Shown here piece by piece: positions 26,477-40,900 of a stretch of 64,000 nt of DNA. Source of the stretch: Phoronis australis. Lineage: Eukaryota > Animalia > Phoronida. How positions within the stretch are numbered: position 1 is the stretch's first letter; every line of letters begins with the position of its first letter. Position numbers and translations under genes: made by a program. The notes beneath the pieces are model-generated. The model was not told where the DNA came from. It worked only from the letters and a program-made list of their open reading frames with translations, and did not search any database. Location of the stretch: contig NMRA01000016.1 in the NCBI GenBank assembly GCA_002633005.1, forward strand, positions 462,300-526,299, written 5' to 3'.

Positions 26477-26984
26477 AAGGTATTACCAAACCAGTAGTGC
26501 AATTTAAATAGCAACATTAGAGTAAATATTAGAGTGAACTCGCTCGATTTTGTGTGTGAACAAGAATTTTTAAAAGTAGACCGGTTACAGTTTCACGTTC
26601 TCGATAATATAATAATTTACAGCAACCAGTATAGAGGCAATTTCGCATCATTTTTGAAAAAATGTTGAAGACATCAGTCAAATCATAGAAGTGGAGAAGT
26701 GCTAGAGCTCTATGGCCAAATCAAACAAAGCTAAATAAAGCCTGCAAATATGTGAATGAGGTCTTTTGAAAAACACTTTCTAATACAGTTATAATTGAAC
26801 ATGGCGAGGCTGTTATTTTGTAATTTACCATGTGATTACCCCGAGTGCGATTTGGAAGAATTTTCACTCAAATCTCACGAGAGGTCCCTAGGTACGGAAA
26901 ATATCTGCCGGGGACACACAATTTACCCACCATTTTGTGCATTATACTCTACAAAACTGACAAAACACTGAGCAAAGACGGGGG

Positions 26985-27350
26985 TATGACGACAGAGGCA
27001 GCGACACCCTAGACGACAACGACCATGACACGAACGACGACGCAGAAGACGACCTCTAAGGCCACGACATAGTCGCTGACGCTGTCATACACTGAAAATG
27101 TCACAAGCGACATCAAGAACTACATTTCTGAAGGCGACGATTCCGCCTCCAACACTGATGACAATACTGACGCACTGACAATGATCTCAAACCTGCAAAT
27201 ATTTACGACGTCACTGACATGAAACTACCGCGAAAACCGACAATGCCTCAGACAACTGCCAAGTCACTGATGTCGATCGTGGCATTCGTGGCACAACCTC
27301 TGTCACGCCCATGTACCTGGCCAAAGACGACACTGAAAACGACATAAAAC
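26985..27350. repeat. Degenerate (GAC/ACG)n low-complexity tract
   Basis: gacgacaacgaccatgacacgaacgacgacgcagaagacgac and recurring cactga units; no sustained ORF. Confidence 0.6.
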
Positions 27351-28352
27351 GTGTTGTTCTTGTATCCTAGGACGTATGGTTGTACTGAAGCCTGAGAAAC
27401 GTACAGTTGTCAGACATTTTAGTCATATGTAAATAGCGAATATCTCGAGAACAGTAAACAGCAAATCGAAGTGAGAAACCTTGCTTTGCCCTTTTTTAAC
27501 TCTCTAAGATATCTATTCACATGCTAACTTTCATAAAAAATCGTCAAAGGACGCAGGAGAAACGGCATGAAAAGTCAATCAATGAAAGAACATTCATCGG
27601 AAAATCTCGAATAACTCTAGAACGGTAATTCGTTGACGGAGAAAATGATGGCACAACCCAAATAACGGTTGACGAGACTCCAAATTTCGAAAGATTCCTG
27701 TTGCTTAAGAATTTTATGTCCAACAGCCGAAAAATACGACCTGTAACGTGCGTACAAGTAAAAAGCAAGTTCACGACAAAGCAACATAATTGATGAAATT
27801 TTAGTTCACCATGTAGTGAAAGTATTCAACCTTCATTGAGCTCGGCGTCGACCATCCCTTATATCATGTAGCGCGGTGGCTCACACCACACAGGCGATTG
27901 TTTGCAACAGAACCTCGAAGCGTACCCATCACGTTTTTGCGCCAAATTGTTACCATCCACGGAAATAACTTTACGAGTTATTAACTTGTACTTATGTTAA
28001 AAGTGCTCGGAGTTATGCTGTGTAAAAGAATCACGTTATAATCACATGCATATCGAGAAATAGAATTTGTTCCTGAAATAATTTAATATGTGAATACATT
28101 ATTTTTTATTTAAAAATAATGCCTCGCAGTTTGGATAAAGCAATTAATGCAAAACCCATCGGCTGGTGTTTATAACATCTTGAGGATCATAACGTGTGGA
28201 GCAGCAAACATCGACGAATGGGCTCCATCATCCATTGTGGGCATGTTTTCTAGTTTCTCATAAGTTGTTCTCCAAATTTTCCAGTTTTTCTTATTTTTAT
28301 CGTTTGATCTTACGATTTTTTTCCTCTTGATTGTCACGGTCAGGTTCCTAAG

Positions 28353-28988
28353 ATGGCGACGAACAGGCAGCCGTTGGTACCTCGGACGGAAGAGACTCCA
28401 CGTGAATCGAGCCACGACGATGGTTTACCAAGTATGGAGCTAATTTCTAATCACCTAAGCTACTGGGCAACTGACTACAATTCAATGCAAAGGGTGTTCC
28501 AAGAAGCTGCTTCGAAGCACGTAGTTCCAACTATCACAGATGGCCGTGAGCAAGCGGAAGGCGAAAAAGGCTCCGCCAGTCGTTATAGTTCTGAGAGCGG
28601 GCAACCGTTAGCAGGCGGTGGGATCGACAAGAGTCAGTCTGATGAATGTTACGGCGAGGATCATGACAAACACAGTGCAGATGACAATGTCCGAGTTCGT
28701 CACCATCATCAGTACTACACTAAAGCCCAACAATGCCGAGAGGACGGACATCAAGAGAGAAGGCGTAACACGCCGCCGTTTGGTGCGACTACGCGATCGC
28801 TCTCTACTGTTGGCCATCCCAGAGACCAACGTTCTTCGGTATCCAGATCAAACTCACCAGTAACTGGCGCAGTGCTGCGTAAGAGAGGAAGAACGCACAA
28901 TTTTCGTCGCCGCGGTTACGCCGTTTGGAATGAGAATAAGAAAGAAGGTGCACCCGGAAGTGAGTCGGCACGTGCGTGCCGGCAATGG
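28353..28988 (+). CDS. Candidate N-terminal coding exon A of the CNBD gene (disordered, His/Arg/Ser-rich)
   Basis: Acceptor at 28343, good-context AAGATGG start at 28353, >200 open codons in AT-rich surroundings; donors at 28988 (phase 0, GG/GTAAAT) or 28959 (phase 1, A/GTGAGT). Confidence 0.65.
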
Positions 28989-31900
28989 GTAAATATGTGA
29001 AAGTTTATGTTTGTTTTTTTTGTTGTTAGCGAAACAGAAACAATTTCATTGGCTAAATACAGTCATTGACGATGACGTCATTTTGGCATTTCATTACTAT
29101 GACGTCCACCAATAGGTAGCCATACTCTTGCACCTTTTACTCTATGAGATCGGCAGCTATTATTTCAGTGATTTTTTTGTTTTATTGGACATGGTTTCAC
29201 TACTCTAGGTTTGTCCAAAGAGCTAAGTAAGGCGTCGCCAAGCGCACGTCTTTTGTGACTGACTTGGGTATCAAAACCAAATATTACTTTTGATTTCCAC
29301 TCCGAGTTATGGAATTATGCCCTATCTGGTCTCTCAGAATCAACAAATAAGAAATAAAAATAGTTTCACCCGCTGATTGACCCCTGCCCTCACATACTGG
29401 GCACGACTCCTTCCCAGAATGCGTGTACGCGCATAGCTACAGCACCCGACCAGCTACTTTACAAACAACGAAAACGTCTTTCTTATTATTTAAATAAACC
29501 TGATCGCGTGACTAATGATACATGCAGTATTTACCTATAGAAAATTTTTAAATGAACCTTGGATTAAAAAACAATCTGAGAATAAACTCACTTCACAGAG
29601 TTGTCGTTCATATCTCTTTAGTGTCGTCAAGGGTGTTTGTTTCCCGACCAGTAGGTGGGGCGCCGGCTGATAACTGTCATTATTAATGTCGCGTTGTAGA
29701 GCTACATTGTTCGTCTCCGTTAAGTCAACACTGAGCATATTACATCGTCACCAAGATTTCCAGCAGTTCAAATTTCCATAACCAAAGTAGTAAATAAAAC
29801 GAAGACATATCGAAACAAATGTACTGACTATCGCGTACAAAATCTGCACAACATTATTTACACGTTATTCACAAATGTTTTGGATCATTCAAAATAACTC
29901 GAGTTGATCAAAGAAATGAGAATGATAGTATTCTCTCCAGTAGAAAAGGCTCTATTAGAAATAAATAAAATGCCACTTCTACGCCCCCCTCCCCCATTTT
30001 CTGTATTCTGCATCCCCTCATTTGCCTTCGCCGGTACTCTTCGCACAGCTTTTTCTTTATTTTCTTACTGAAATCACGTGACCGGCTCTGTATTATGGTC
30101 TGGGATATGCGTGTTTGACATATGAGAGACCCCCACTACCAACGACTAGTGTCTCTGTTCAGTAATATGACGTGCAACCCAACGAAATACTATGCCGTTG
30201 TAATGAAAGACTCCGTTTAGGTAAAACAACAAGCTTTTAATTGTTCACATACGCTCGCGAATACGTTGGTAACCGTACTTCTACTATGCCCTGTGTACAT
30301 GAGAAAATGTATATTGTTCAACAGTTTGTGATAAAGAGCTGACACAAACATATCAACAAACGTGGAAACCTATACGCTTTAGCAGACTGTTTTGTTGTCC
30401 TCTACAATAACTTACAAGTTGTAAGTAGGGCCACTTTCAAGCTCATACAGTTACTATGACACAAGCGAGGTCGGCGGGCCCATTCAAAACTCTGATGGGC
30501 GATTAGATTTCTTGAATACCAGTAGCGCGAGCTTTGTTGATTCTAAACATGCCTTTCACCCGGTGTAGAGTTAGAGTCAACCTGGCGTGAAATTTGCTTG
30601 TGGTTGCTAATAGCTCACCGCTACGCTTTGGTAAGGTATAGAGTACTTGGAATCTCGGGCTGAATGTTTAAGTGGTGTAAGAATTCAGACAACATCCGAG
30701 CGGTTTAACGACAGAACACCATTAGAATGAAGACGTATATTAATGAACAGAAACCCAAAGTTGTTTTATCATTCTACACGCCGAATACAGCGAAGAAATG
30801 CTTAGAAATGAGGTTTGTTTAACCATGGCCTAAAGATGAGCCAATTGTCGAAGTCGTGGTCAGGTGGACAGTTCCGCCTGCCACCAATAATGACTGAGAA
30901 TAAACCTGAGAAGTCGAACTTTGGAGCGACTAGGCGGACCAGTATGGAAAGTTTGTCCGAGATGAACTACGAGGAGGATGGAGACTTCGAGGATTACGAG
31001 GAAGAGTTGGATTTCAAGAGCCGAGAGAAGAATAAGAGAGCCAAGAAGAAAAACTTCTTGAAGAAAAGAACCAAAGTACTCGGTAAGAAACTGTCTGTCA
31101 TGGAAAGACGAAGGAACATGATAAAAAGGAAATTTGGTGATACGTCAAGTGGAGGTATGATTATAACGTCTGGTGCCGGAAATAAACACAGTGGGGATGT
31201 TAGTAGTACGTGGAGACCAGTGCAGGTGAGCCCTCGTCAGATGGTCTACCGGAAGCGCTTCGGCTACCAACGGCCAACGTCACCTTCTCCCGCCGTGCTA
31301 GATCATGAGAACACGATGAATATTGAGGTGATATCTGAAGAAGATGGCCGTGGTGATGGTGGTGATGACGACGATGGTTCAGTTGCCGGTACGGTGGCGC
31401 TTTCTGTCAAATCTGAGAGGAGTGTTGGGCGTACAGGTGTGTCAATGAAGAGCTCAAGTGTTCCACCGTCGGCACGGGGAGGTCTGGGCACCTCTTTTAA
31501 TCAGAGGCGAACAGGTGGCACCGCTTTATCAACTTCCAAGAGTTTTACCCTCCCTGGATTTAACCTACGACCGGACTTTGACGTAAGTTTTTCTAATCAA
31601 GGTAACTGATAATTAAAATGAAAAATTACACGCTGTTACACACTTTTCTCAAAACAAAACATATTTGAAACTTGGAACTCAGTGTCCAAAAATCAGCTTA
31701 GCGGATCAAACTAAATCTACTTTATTTTAATAATAAAGGCCATATACCTACCGAATAATATTTAAAATAATTGGTTTAATATGAACTAGTAGCAACGCGG
31801 AATCGAACACTCTGCAATAGCAGTCCAGCGATCTGCCGCTGAGCTATTCAGCGCGTTAGTAGCAGAGTGTTTTGAGCCTCAGCGTATTTAAATAGTGACA

Positions 31901-34900
31901 TAAAACTGCGAGAATATTGACGACAAAACGGATTTTGTTATTTTATAGCTCTGGTCAAATCCCAAAAAATCGTTTCCTGCCGTGAAAACATAATGTCTCT
32001 AGAGAACGTAACTAGCTCTCAAAAAATTGAAAAGCTAAGAAATATATTTAAAATGAATAACAGAATGTTCATTATCATTTGTAAAACTACTTCAAAGTTA
32101 TCCAATGATAGCTAACCAATACAGATGTTTAATAATACCGCATAAAATACTATAATTCCCTTACATGTCATTTGAGTCCGCTTCAAACAATGTCACCAGT
32201 GCGTTTTTCTTACAAGACAATAGATGGTGCCACTTCCTAGTTGTCTTCTGATGCACGTTTTGTCCAGCCAGGGTTATTGTTAGGCACTTGTTGAATACAA
32301 TAATATCTGGAACAAAGTTGTTGCTATCATATAATAATAAATACGTCTTACTGACGTAATCTCCTGCTAACCAGGGAAGTCCAAACATTTCGATAGGTAA
32401 GGTTTATTACATGCCTGCGACTCTCATTGGTTGGGCGTTATAATAAAGTTTGACCAGTGGTCAATTACTGTGGCCATGAAACAGATCTTAATCTCCTTTT
32501 GATGGTGTATACTATTTACCTGGCCACGTGACATTAGTTATGCTTACCTATTTATGGTTTTCCGACTTCTCAACGGGCGGCTGCTTTTATTGCGGTTGTT
32601 GAGACGACCTGAGACCACTAACACACAGTCATGGGCGCAATCTTTGCCAGAGATGACAACTTGGTCAAAAGAACAGTGAGAATGCGGCGGAGGGTGCCTC
32701 ACGAATTTAAGGGATACAAGTAATTATTTAGTGTAAAGTTCACTCTTTGACGCGTTGCTTGTGTGACATTTGTGGTAATAAGTAAAGGGAAAGCCGGTCA
32801 GCGTTTGCCGTTGCTGCTAAAAATATTGATGGCAACGTTGTCCAGTCATAACTCAGCCGTTTACAGTGCGTGATCAAATCTTGGAACAATCATCATTATA
32901 CGTCATTAAGATGTCGTTTCAAGTAATACCACCGTCGCCAAGTCTTAACGATCAAATCAGTCCGGAGATCATAGTTCCTCGCGTTGAGCTGGAGTCGCGA
33001 CTGTCCGGATACTTGACGGAGGAAGACGATTATGAGGAGCAAACGCTACCCCAAGCGGACGAAATGAAAGACAAATACTTGGACTTATCCAAGTCGTTTT
33101 CTAGATACCGGCTGGCTGAAGCTTTAGCCAGTGTAGAGGATAGACAGACAAGATCCGCCCCAGACAACCCCCAGAAAGGATTAGAAGTTCCCTCTACGGT
33201 CATGCTGCGAGTTGATCGTATGATGACCGCAAATCGAACGAAGCGTAAGAAAAGACTACTGTCGCGGTCTAACTCGTCAACCACGGATGCTGTTGAAGTA
33301 AAGAAGGAATTGTGTTTCAAATTACCTGGCCAAGTACGTTAATTTATTACGCTTATCGTTATCACATGCAATCTACAAACACTGTTTCCGTCTAAAATAA
33401 CTTTAAAACTTTGGGACACTAACCGCTACAAATCTTGCTCTTCACTCGGAATAACTAGGTGTTCGTTATTGCTGGGAATCTGGCTCGGTGTGTTGACTAG
33501 TCACAGCCGGGTCATTCTATGCATTATGCATTTTTCAAGCTCTCCCGAACTGTTATTTCTTCCCCAATTCAACAAGCAAACCACGTCCGAGATCAACTGT
33601 GTAGCGGCAAGTACTTTAGATTCAAAGTTAGTTTCTTTGACGACCGAAAGGTGATTTGTAACCGCTTTATCGTGACAAAAACGTGTGATTAAACTAGCGA
33701 TCAAAATATAACACATATGGTCAAGTAGGGTTATGATGATATGATTTCCATGATGATCAAAACGCGTAAAGTCAAATCAAGATGAACCTGGCAAAATTAT
33801 TATAATTATGATCGAAACGCTTAAAGATGATCAATGACGGTTTAAATCACTTTGTCAAGTTTGTTTGATATTCATTTATCAAAAACTAACGTCAAAGTGT
33901 GCCAAAGAGTAACAGAACTACGATGGAAATTTCAATTAGAACTCCGATCCTAAAACTGAGAACTCCGTGACACCATGTATGTATGTATGTCTTGTTTTGC
34001 CATAAAAATGAGAAAGAAATGCCTCGTTTTGATAAAATCGGTGAAGTGAAAGATAGCGTTCTTTGAAAAATTGACTCATTGCACTGTCTATACACCTCGA
34101 TTTTCTTCGTATGAGACTTTCATAAGCAACAATCGAACTCTTATATGTCACTCGGATTAATGGTTCACGACAATCGATTACGAATCAAGGTGATGTACAT
34201 CAGGTGCTGACAACCTACATGGCCTGTTGTAGAACGCACTCGAGATGGAGTGTGGTGAATAGTCAAACATACGAGACGTGTGATTACAATTGAGGATAAA
34301 GAGGCAAGACAGTCGTCTGAACTGACAATGTTATTACCCGTAATTTCTTATAATAAGCTTCAGGGCACAAACATTTATCCTAGAAATGGCTTGTTTTGGC
34401 CTTTCTCATAACCTGCTCGATCGCTCTTTCAAAAACGGGGCGTATACTCTGTGAGAATTAAAATAGTCCGTGACAACAGGTGCATTGTGTAAGTGAACAG
34501 TTCGTAACAACAAATGGGTAAATATAGTTCGCAACAAGAAATGTCATGAAGTATGAAAAACAAAGCTGATACGCACGCCATCTCTTTTGCAATTTCAAAG
34601 CCTTATTTCACATACAGTGGTCATTTTGAGAACGTGTTGCTGCTCCTCTAAAATATGTATTCGGGTTTTTCCTAAAGTAAGATATTGAACTTGTAGGTGG
34701 ACTTTTCACCCACCGCCAATATAAAATAGGGCCTATCAATGCTCCATATTTCAAGATCGGAAGACTGCTGAGACTAAGTTTAGTGGTTAAAAATATTCGG
34801 GGTAGATTTTGTGAGATTTTAACAATTATTAGTCGAATTTGAAAAGCAATAAGCCATGCACTGTAGCGGCGCGCTTCGGTCGTAGGACTAATATTTTAAT

Positions 34901-37900
34901 TTTCACTGGCACTGATGTAACTTGTCAACTTTATAAGAAGTTGTACATGTAACCGGTAAAATTATATGCAATCAAATCAGTCTCTGGTTACTAATAGTAT
35001 ACACATTGGAGCCCATAAATGTCTTGAGCTGATATCACTGGAGGCCATTCGAGTCCATTTTAACTTTAATGGGACTTTAAAAGTTATTTTGCTATTCACT
35101 TGCAGAAAACAGCATCTCATTACCAGTACACCCCGCTTTAGTGCACCAAAACTATGAATCCCTGATATGTCCTGCTAATGTAAATGTTGCTTTAAGAATT
35201 CGCGCATGATTAATTAAAGATAAAATAAATATAACTCAAACCTTTCATTCCAATAGTTGATTTTATGATTTGTTAACATTAACAACAATCGCATCATGGC
35301 CATAACGTCAGGCTTTGTTAATTATGCACTTAGATGTTAGACATAAAGATTTCCGTAGTTAGCGTGAGGTGTTGTCGTGGCAAAAAGCCTGAGACCACCG
35401 TTTCCTGCCACGTCACGTCATTCGGCGGGATTTTTCTATTTTCATATGTTCGTAACGAAACGTCCCTTCACGCTCAGATTTGTACTTTTCTTACAAGACA
35501 CCCGCCTCCCGTTCAGTAACGCTAGGACCTCGCTAAAAAGCAAGACTTCGCGAGATTACGTGATAAATTGCCGTGTATTTTAAATGAGAACACGTAACTT
35601 TGACTAGGTTTTAGCTAGGTCCTAGCGTAGGTCCTAGCGTCTACTGAACGCACGCCCGGTCTTCCTATTTCACTCACAGAATGACAGTTCACACTAACAT
35701 CTTTTCTCAAAAACATGGTTGTTCTTACGAGCTGTAATTTTTATCACAAACAGTGCTCTTTAATACGATGACCCAAAGATGGCATTAAAAACAATTATTC
35801 TACATTTTTTTCGAAATTAAAAAAATCACTTTTCTCCGCAGAAAATAAATTTGTTGTTTTCCACGGAGATTTTTATTTTGCCTCGGAGAAAAGGTTTTCT
35901 CCGCAGAGAAAAGTGATTTTTTTCGTAAAAACTTTGAAAAAAATAACGTCATCTTTGGGCCTACGAATTTGTCTCAAAAGCTGCCATTAAGGAAACCAAT
36001 GTCAAATTTTAAGACATCCGAATGATGTCTAAAATTACTGTTACGTCATCTGAATGTCTGACAGCTGTATCAATTATGCATGTTTTAGGCTCGCCAGAAG
36101 TTCATCAAAATGACCAGGCTGATCATTGTTCTTAACAACTGGATATCCGTTCTTAGAGAAGCGTAAGTAGTGTAGCGATAAGACTTCACTCGAACAGATT
36201 ACATTCAAATTTGCAGAAAGCCTATTGTAATCGCTTGCTAAATGATACAGTGGTCTATTCCATGAAAAGTGACTAAAGACTTTAGACAGAAATTTGGTCT
36301 TACACTCCGCATAACTATTTCTGAAAAATGATTAAATCTTACTTGAGCAAACGTGCAAAGTCTGAGAATATATACACATAACTGCTTTTACAGTGAAATA
36401 CCTTTTTAGAATTATTTCTAATGTGTGATGCTGTCATAATTACTTGCCTAAACCTTTATTCAGAAACTATCAAGTGGAAGCGTAAAACCGAATTTCCGTC
36501 TTCAGTCTGACGTCACTTTCATGAAACGGACCCCAGACTTGGCAATGCACTTGGCTTCTGCTGAAGCAAGCCGAACGTTCCTAAACGAAGAAGACCGTAA
36601 AATCTAGTTCACTCATGAATTTGACAAAATACATTTGATCTATTAAAAGAACGTGAGAGGGCGTTGTACTAAATTGGTGTAAATTGTACTCGATGGACAT
36701 GGAGTGTGGTAGGGGCCTAGTGTTCTTATAGTGACTCTGTTTCTTCACAGTGACGCTGGCGATGACGGAGAAGACAGTGGTAAGAAGAAATCTTCCAACT
36801 TTACCGACATTGTTCTAGAGGCGTCATTGAATGGACTTGCAAACTCTGGTCTTACCTTTGATCCGGCACATTACAAGGCGAAAAAAGAGGTAGGGCGGTA
36901 GTGTTCAGAAGCAAGCTACTTTCCGTCTCAACGAAAAACTGATAAAGTGTAGACCTTGCCAACACAACTGAAACCTAATATTTACCTTTGTTACTTCATC
37001 ACGTATTAACTTAGAAACGACGACCGATCTCAGTTATCTGATACTGAAGATCCGCGCGCCTCTTTGTGAGGTTGAACCCACATTCTTATCATTACATATA
37101 TAGGCGCATGGGCCTAAATTGAGCACCAGTGGAATTCCGATCTGCGCGTGTAGTCTTTTTTAATATTTTGCCAACATGCAAAATTATTTTAATTATATAA
37201 GGAGTATTGATTATGTAAGAAGTAACGGCAAGCACTGCCAGTTTTGAAATGAAGCACTAAGACGAAGTCTAATCGCAGGATTTGTGGCATATAGCAAAAC
37301 CCTTATTAACCCCTATCTTTGCAGATCAACTTGAGCCATGAAGTGAAAGAGATTTTGACCACCGCCTCGGCCGGACGTACGCCAGCCATGGTTAAGCAGG
37401 CAACTTTAGGCTTACAACATCTGCGCTCATTCGCCGAGTACCCGGTACACATGCAGGAGAAATTGGCCAAAGTGGCCTACTATCAGAGGTGGGCAAGCTC
37501 AATTGATTTTCTTATTGAAATACAAAAATCTAATATTGACAGATAATCGTGTAACCCGGTACCGTCAGGAATTCCGTTTAGGCAATACTTGGCTTAGTTG
37601 TTGATTGTTGCAAGGCAAATTTAAACTATTTCCCGCAGCACCAAATGTATCTGAAACAATGCAATACTATAGTTGCATCATTCGTTTTTACAGCATTCCT
37701 GCAAAACGCGTCATCATCCGACAGGGTCACACGGCTGAGAACTTTTACTTCATCTTGTCTGGTCACGCAGCGGTCACCTTGCTTGAGCGACACCCGCAGA
37801 CTGGGGAGCCTCAAATGAAGACAGTCAATATACTCAAAAGGGGGTGGAGCTTCGGGGTAGGTCTATTGGTTGATTCATAGCGATCAGAAAGGCCAGACCT

Positions 37901-40900
37901 ACAGTCAATAGTTTCAATTCTGCTGACCCTGACATGGTGATTACATGGACTGTCACGATTGATTTGTTCTGAGTGACTATGTTGATCTAGTTAAATAAAC
38001 TTTATGTTAGGTCAATTAGGCATATTTTGTTCTGATCTGCCCGCGACTCATTTTTGCCAAAAATATCGTTTTGATTGAAAAGCGTAGCAAAATGCAGTTT
38101 TTAACGTAATGGCCAGCCAGCTCAAGCTATATACTACCGTTTTCGTGGCTATGAATTAGTGCGAGGGGCGCAGGAAGGTTTACTTCAATGCATTTCTGAA
38201 GCTGGTAGCTGATGCTTTGGGTTTGAATAAAATGATCAACTAAAACAATATCGCATCAAATTCCTAAACAATAATACACCAAAACCAAATATGCTTTATT
38301 GACCTGATCTAAGCCCATAGAGTTGGACTAACGAGTTACCAAGCACAGGTAGTGTTTGAACGTGTGATACGTCATTTATTACATCAATATTTATACTATT
38401 TTTACTATTTTATATTCTTTCCTACACGGCATTCCAGCATCAATTTGAAACATTTATGCACACTTTTTGTGGCTGTACGGGGGTAGTCTCAAGTTCGCCT
38501 GAATGAATTGCCACCGTATTTTGCCTGGCGAAAAACAAAAACATTATTAAACAATAACGTCTCAGTTGGCTCCGCGAATATCTTAATAGTCTTTATATGC
38601 GGTGCTATTTCGTACAAAAGGCTTAGAAAGAAAGAAGACTATTCTTCTTACAGCGTTGAACAACCGTTTATGAGTTTTTTTGTATATTACAACCTCAGGG
38701 ACGAAATGTATCCGTGGTTTTTTTCTTGATCTGCACTTTAGAGGAGCATTCCTATTAAAATACTTCAATAGAAATGTTTATCAAATTTTTGTAAATACTC
38801 CTTGAACAAAGAGTTGATTTTTACACAAACACCATACTGTTTTTTAACGTAGTTTTACCAGATTCTATGCTCAAATTTGGCTAATTTTGAATTTGAAACA
38901 GCGTATCATTCTCAGAGATTACAGATCGGATTTAATTGAAATTTTCTGTTACTGTATTTTTTGCACTTTTCCCTAAAACGCAATTAGGAATTGTTTTAGT
39001 TGTTCGACTTTGCTATCTTGTTCATCAAAAACGTTGCATAAAACAAAAATGAAAGGACAATGTAACAGCATTGCGATGTCACTGAATATTCATATCAAAC
39101 AATGTGGCCATATTAATGACACCGTTGTTTTGGTATGCACGTGCTTCTATTTTCATGCTGAATTTTGATTAAAAGCATGCTACCTTGGATCAATTAATGG
39201 CAAATTGATCAAATATTAAAATTGAAATTTACAGGCTTCTTACATTCAGAAATTATTCAGTTTTACGAAGTTAAATTCAGATATTTGGCTTAACGCACAG
39301 ACTTGGCGATATGTTACACGCAATCATATCTGAATTACAATCCGTGTAGGCCTATTATTACAAATTGAACCAATGTATTCTTACAAACAGCATTAATTGT
39401 ATATGGGCTCAAATCATGAATGACTCAGTCATACTTTTCCTAAACCGTAGATCAAAGCAGAGTATCGTTATCATGAATAGCCATTTATGTTCGGCATAGG
39501 TCACATATTGGAAATAGGCATTAAAAATTTCGAAGCTCCAGAGATGAGACTACCTGAGTGTATTAAAATGGGTTATTTGACCTGCCGTGACAAACTTATT
39601 GAGCCTGGTCTGAAGCAATAGCAATCTATCAGTTTTTCTCAAACCATGAAATCATTTCCCTCCAAAAAGGTTAAGACAAGACCAATTTTACAACTGTAAG
39701 AGACCCAAATTAAACATTGATATGTGACAAAAGGCGGAGGTTTATTGCAGCAAGTGTGAAAGATACACGCAATGCTAACACGTGTACCTTTATTACACAT
39801 TTTCTACAGGAGCTGGCTTTGTTACATCACGCCAAGCGGGCGGCTACAGTAGTAAGTCAAGACCACATGCAGTTACTGGCCATAGGAAGGGCAGACTTCT
39901 TCACAATTTTCATGAGCGGATCCAATCCCGGGGATACACCGGAACACGTCAAATTCATTAGGTGAGGAAATTGGCATACCTTCCCCAGATGCAAGTTTTT
40001 CGCGAAGAACTTTCGGATAAGAATCTTCGCCTATGGAACGAAAACAGTAACCTATATCACACAAGTCAACCAATCTCTCCGACCAATCACTTCAGTGGCT
40101 GCCTTTATAGTAGGGTTACTTTGAAAGGTTCCGATCATATTTGCGAAACACTCGCCTTTCACTCTGAGTTTCTCGCATCTACGGAACACAGACATAGCCG
40201 ACAACGTGATACCCACCATAACCATGTGACGCCCACTTTTTGGGCTTCCTATTATTAAATGAATACTAATTGTTTATTATCCATATGTATAACACCTAAT
40301 GTAGTGACTTAAAAGCAAAAAGTAACAAAATTAACATAATTAGATTGCCTGGGCCCAGTTGCATAAAAGTTATACTCTGCATAGCAACAAATGACGTCGC
40401 ATTATCAAGCGCCACGTTGTTATTGTTGAACAATGCACCTGACGTCATGCAACAATCAAACTTATTCATCGGGTTATTCAGCCCTGGTTAACTATATGAA
40501 AATTAATTTTCAGTCTAAAATTTACAAGTACCTCGTAACTATGTAGAAAGTAGGGTTGAGCATCAGTTGCCGGTGCTCAACTGAATACTGAAACGGAAAA
40601 CACCGGCACAATATCAAAAGGGAAACGACTGGGTGCCAAAATCGATATTTGAAAACTGAAAGTGTGGATGATTTAATATTTTCATTTTGATTTTCCAATT
40701 AAGTCAATTATGACGTCAAGCAAACCCCACGTGAAGTCCAAGTCGCATAATGTCAGTAAATCAATGCTGACTCTCCCTCTTCGGAAAAGTAGGTACCCTA
40801 ATTTCACAGCGGCTCACCCCATTACAAATATATAGTAGAGCTCTCCAGAGGATACTCTACTGTAAACTAGGAAAGAGAATCGATATCAAACTGGCAGTAT

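Noticed and set aside
26985-27350. Acidic (Asp-rich) coding exon
   Set aside because: Interrupted by stops, no sustained ORF and no clean splice sites; low-complexity tract.
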